From Octopus sinensis (taxonomy: Eukaryota): DNA of 10,989 bases. Where the stretch lies: contig NW_021827147.1 of NCBI RefSeq assembly GCF_006345805.1, positions 1 through 10,989 of the forward strand, read 5' to 3'. The position numbers and the translations under genes are program-made. The notes under the pieces were generated by a model, which saw nothing but the letters and a program-made list of their open reading frames with translations, had not been told where the DNA came from and did no database searches. Below are positions 7,463-10,989 of this stretch, one piece after another; the first letter of the stretch is position 1, and the number at the start of each line of letters is the position of its first letter.

Positions 7463-8085
7463 ATATATATATTAAGTTTATGATAAATTTATGGAATGAA
7501 TTTCTACAAATCTAATCATATTTGTCAAAAATAGAGTGGGGATAAGGTGTTAAAAGTGTGTAAGAAGTTTATTCATTCATACAATTGTTTCGTACATAGA
7601 TACGAATTCATATTTGAATTTGAAAATTATCATAGTATTTATCTGGGCAGAGAAAAATAATAATAGGAACTTAAAAAAAAAAGAGCAGAAAAGTTGGAAC
7701 AATGAGCTTCATATTTATCTGTTCCTATCGATAGTGATGGGAGTCATGTTAAATATTGAACCGAATCAGGTTTGAGAAGTGTGGTAATAGAAATGGCCGA
7801 GAGCTGTAGTATTTCTGTCTCTATCACTCAGAGATTGATATACTTTATCGATCATCCAGTGTTGATAAAAGTACTCTCAGTAATGCAAATGGGTAGATTA
7901 AATTGATTGTGTTCTTCTCGCACGAATGGTAGGAATGTATAAGAAAATAAGGAAATATTTGAAATAAGAAATAAAAGTGTATTGAGTTCCAATCTACGCG
8001 GAGGACAGAATTACTATTCGAGCTACAGGAGTTGATGGAAATAATACCGGAAGTGAACTTAGCTTTGTAACTGTAACATACCATT

Positions 8086-8318
8086 ACACACACACACACA
8101 TACACACACACATACATGTACCACCACATATATATAACACAGAAATATGCATATACAAACCACTATACATACAACACACACACATATCACTACACACACA
8201 CACACATATCACTACACACACACACACATACTCACACACACGCATTCACTCACTCACACAGACACGCACACTCACTCACTCGCACACACACGCACTCACT
8301 CACTCACACACACACACA

Positions 8319-8352
<34 letters not shown>
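8086..8352. repeat. Complex (CA)n microsatellite with higher-order units
   Basis: CA array containing duplicated CACATATCACTA and CACTCACT blocks. Confidence 0.93.
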
Positions 8353-8356
<4 letters not shown>

Positions 8357-8530
8357 ACGCTACCGCCACTACTGCAGACCCAACTTTGGTTGTACAACTT
8401 CTGCGAAGGCTTATTCTTCCCGGTTTCCATTGTATTAATATCTCGTCTGTCAGTAAAAAAAACAAAAAAAGCAAAACTGCTTTATTCAATCGCTGAATCA
8501 ATATTTATTGCTGAGCTGTGTACTCTTCGT

Positions 8531-8533
<3 letters not shown>

Positions 8534-8562
<29 letters not shown>
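8534..8562. repeat. (CA)n microsatellite
   Basis: Perfect AC array. Confidence 0.95.
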
Positions 8563-8564
<2 letters not shown>

Positions 8565-8649
8565 TATACCTATACCTGAGTTTGTGTGTTTGCGGGTGTG
8601 AAGCTGGGTTGTGAGGTTGCAAGAAAGGGTTGTTGTACAGGCCCAGAAT

Positions 8650-8681
<32 letters not shown>

Positions 8682-8732
8682 TATATATACATATATACAT
8701 ACATACACACACGTGCACACACACACACACAC
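8650..8732. repeat. (TA)n-(CA)n compound microsatellite
   Basis: TA array grading through TACA into CA. Confidence 0.93.
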
Positions 8733-8814
8733 AGAAATGAAAAAGAAAGTAAGAGGCAAACATGTAACAACAGGTTAATAAAACAAGTGATGGATAAGTT
8801 AATACACACACTGA

Positions 8815-8866
8815 TTTATATATGTGTGTGTGTGTACGCACACATATATATATGTATGTATGTATG
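8815..8866. repeat. Mixed (TA)/(TG)/(TATG) microsatellite
   Basis: Short abutting arrays. Confidence 0.8.
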
Positions 8867-8907
8867 TTTGCATGGGAGTGTTTATAGATCTACCAAAAGG
8901 AAAAGAT

Positions 8908-8911
<4 letters not shown>

Positions 8912-8947
<36 letters not shown>

Positions 8948-9166
8948 CCTAAATAGAGAGAGGAAATGGAAGTTAGAATCAGATAGACAGAAATAGGAGA
9001 GGAGAAAATAAAATTCCCCCGAGAGAGAGAGAGAGAGGGGAGAGACAAAGAGGCAGAAAGAGAGAGGGAGAAAGAGAGAGTGAGAGAGAGAGAAAAGAGA
9101 AAGAGTGAGAGAGAGAGAGAAAGAGAAAGAGTGTGAGAGAGAGAGAGAGAAAGAAAGACAGAGAGA
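8912..9166. repeat. (GA)n and degenerate GA-rich tract
   Basis: Perfect GA array 8912-8945, interrupted GA arrays 9021-9166. Confidence 0.9.
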
Positions 9167-9580
9167 CAAAGTGTGAGGAAGATTTTTTTTATCTCCCTCC
9201 CCTAAATCGATTCCATAATTGATTTTTATGTGTTTGGCTGTTATTGTTGCTGTTGCAGCCAGTTGTATATCAATTGATATATCTAGAGGTGATTGATTGA
9301 CAGATAATATAGAATAGTAGTGATAATAACGGGAGAAAGACGGAGACGAGGAGGGTTTAATTAATATAGAGATTAATAATGTGATCAGCAAATACATTTG
9401 TTCAATATCTCCAAGGTAAATCTGCAAATTAACAATTGTTATCTGGGATTGTAGTTTCTAGCCACAAGATTTACCTACTTATTTCTCTATCTGTCTATTG
9501 ACCCATCCATCTATCTAGTTCTTTATTTGTCTATTTATCTAGCTGTCTCACTTTCTCATTGTGTACCCGCCTATCTTCCC

Positions 9581-9676
9581 ATATGTATACATATATATAT
9601 ATATATATACATACAATATATATATATATATATATATATACATACAAACACACGTACACACACTCATGTATGTATG

Positions 9677-9710
<34 letters not shown>

Positions 9711-9735
9711 TGTATGTATGTATGTATGTATGTAT
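9581..9735. repeat. (TA)n-(TATG)n compound microsatellite
   Basis: TA array 9591-9642, TATG array 9668-9735. Confidence 0.95.
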
Positions 9736-10102
9736 AATATGGACGGAGGGAGACAATATTCTTAATTGACGGTGGAAAAATACAAGAAAAGTGGAAACTT
9801 TAAAACATTAAAATTTTTTTTTAAAAATCATCTTTTGTCTCGTTTTTAGATTCATTGAAATATAAAAGTATATTCCCTCCTTTAGATTCTCCCTCCTCCC
9901 GTGAATAAAATTCTATATGGAGCTTATTCAATTTGCTTCCTATAAAATATAATATGGCGGATGATCAGAGGATGCTGGAGGACTTTAGTATGAAGGAAAT
10001 ATAGCTTGTCCGCCAAAATTTTAAACTTTTCAGCGACCTTCCTTTCTAGTTTTTCCACCACGGCTGAGCTGACATCTAGGCAAATAGGGATATGAGCTCA
10101 GT

Positions 10103-10167
10103 TAGAGATAAATAGATAGACAGATGGATATATTGATATAAAGATAGATAGATAGATAGATAGATAG

Positions 10168-10219
<52 letters not shown>

Positions 10220-10312
10220 TGGATAGATAGATAGATAATAGATAGATAGATAGATAGAGAGACAGAGACAGAGACAGAGACAGAGACAGAGACAGGGACA
10301 GACAGACAGACA
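10103..10312. repeat. (GATA)n-(GAGACA)n-(GACA)n compound microsatellite
   Basis: GATA array to ~10258, hexamer GAGACA 10259-10300, GACA to 10312. Confidence 0.95.
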
Positions 10313-10989
10313 ATAACTAGGATGGCTGGGGTAAGTCAATAGGCCGTAATGTGTTGTCAGCAGAAAAATTAAGAGTGGTAAATGGTGCGATGGCTTCATG
10401 GAGCCTGCTTACTAAAAAAATGAAAATTTATCCCCACGAACTTCTGGAAATCCAACACTCTTCGTCTCTAGACACCCAGACTCACCTCCATCCAACACTC
10501 ATATCTTCTATAAAGCTTGACCAACAAACCTCCTTTCTCTAAATCGCACCAAAATCTTCTTCAGTCTCAGCGTAAACCGTTGAGTTGAATCTGGATGAGA
10601 CATGCACATGAGCGTGTGTCGTGGTAGGGAAGAAACTGAAGTATCAAATCAAATTTAGCCGCAGTAGCAGCATGCTGTCCAGGGGCATTCTAAATCTCCC
10701 CTTTTAATCTTATCCCTATCCGAACCTCAGTGTAAAATTGTACATCTAAATCGAATTTTCAACATCAGTTGCAATATTCTTTTGCTTCCGATTTATCCTC
10801 TTCTTTTCTCGGTTCGGTTATAAACGCCATCACTGTTGCATTCGCATTTTCCTGCTTCTCCACTCTTTATATTGGCAACGCTTTTTACGGACAAAATGTA
10901 ATTGTTGAAGCAAAAGTTTAAAAATTGTTTTTCAAAAAGTTTCAATTACATTCGAAAAGTATTTTTTTTTATTTGACAGAAAGTAAATA

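Noticed and set aside
7800-7885. Faint resemblance to a reversed Deu/Nin-type SINE domain
   Set aside because: Too diverged to align by eye.
8360-8480. Minus-strand acceptor-like TTTTTTTTACTGACAG followed by two open frames
   Set aside because: Only weak donors before the GT array; peptides unrecognisable.
9741-9752. GGACGGAGGGAG, resembling a Stowaway MITE right terminus; CTCCCTCC at 9193-9200 as possible left end
   Set aside because: Only 8 bp of complementarity, no TA duplication, and GA-rich context makes chance likely.
10461-10600. Minus-strand segment between CATCCAG and GAG|GTGAGT as an exon
   Set aside because: All three frames contain stops between the two sites.
10654-10677. CAGCATG...GGCTAAA on the minus strand as a third copy of the shared tail
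   Set aside because: Spacer is 10 rather than 13 nt, no hairpin, and no upstream homology to either element.

Overview
AT-rich, microsatellite-saturated eukaryotic non-coding DNA (intron or intergenic). No host protein-coding exon, rRNA, true tRNA gene or CRISPR array can be supported, and almost every ORF in the supplied track is a reading-through of simple repeats. The interpretable content is retroposon debris: (i) the 3' 700 bp of a CR1/L2-group LINE with an uninterrupted 215-codon RT C-terminus and an intact 3' tail (5908-6614, -); (ii) two copies of one SINE family that carries a microsatellite in its middle (1743-2144, -; 6829-7035, +); (iii) a second tRNA-derived SINE with intact A/B boxes (3204-~3500, +); (iv) a short RTE-clade 3' end (236-389, -); and (v) a 284-bp fold-back (MITE-like) element (7179-7462). 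The repeat families and microsatellite load resemble, from memory and not from a search, those of octopus/coleoid cephalopod genomes. The most notable observation is an ungapped 29-nt shared 3' tail between the LINE and the SINE. It has a compensatory base-pair change in a small stem-loop and 8-bp terminal repeats, which points to a candidate LINE-SINE mobilisation pair visible within one window.
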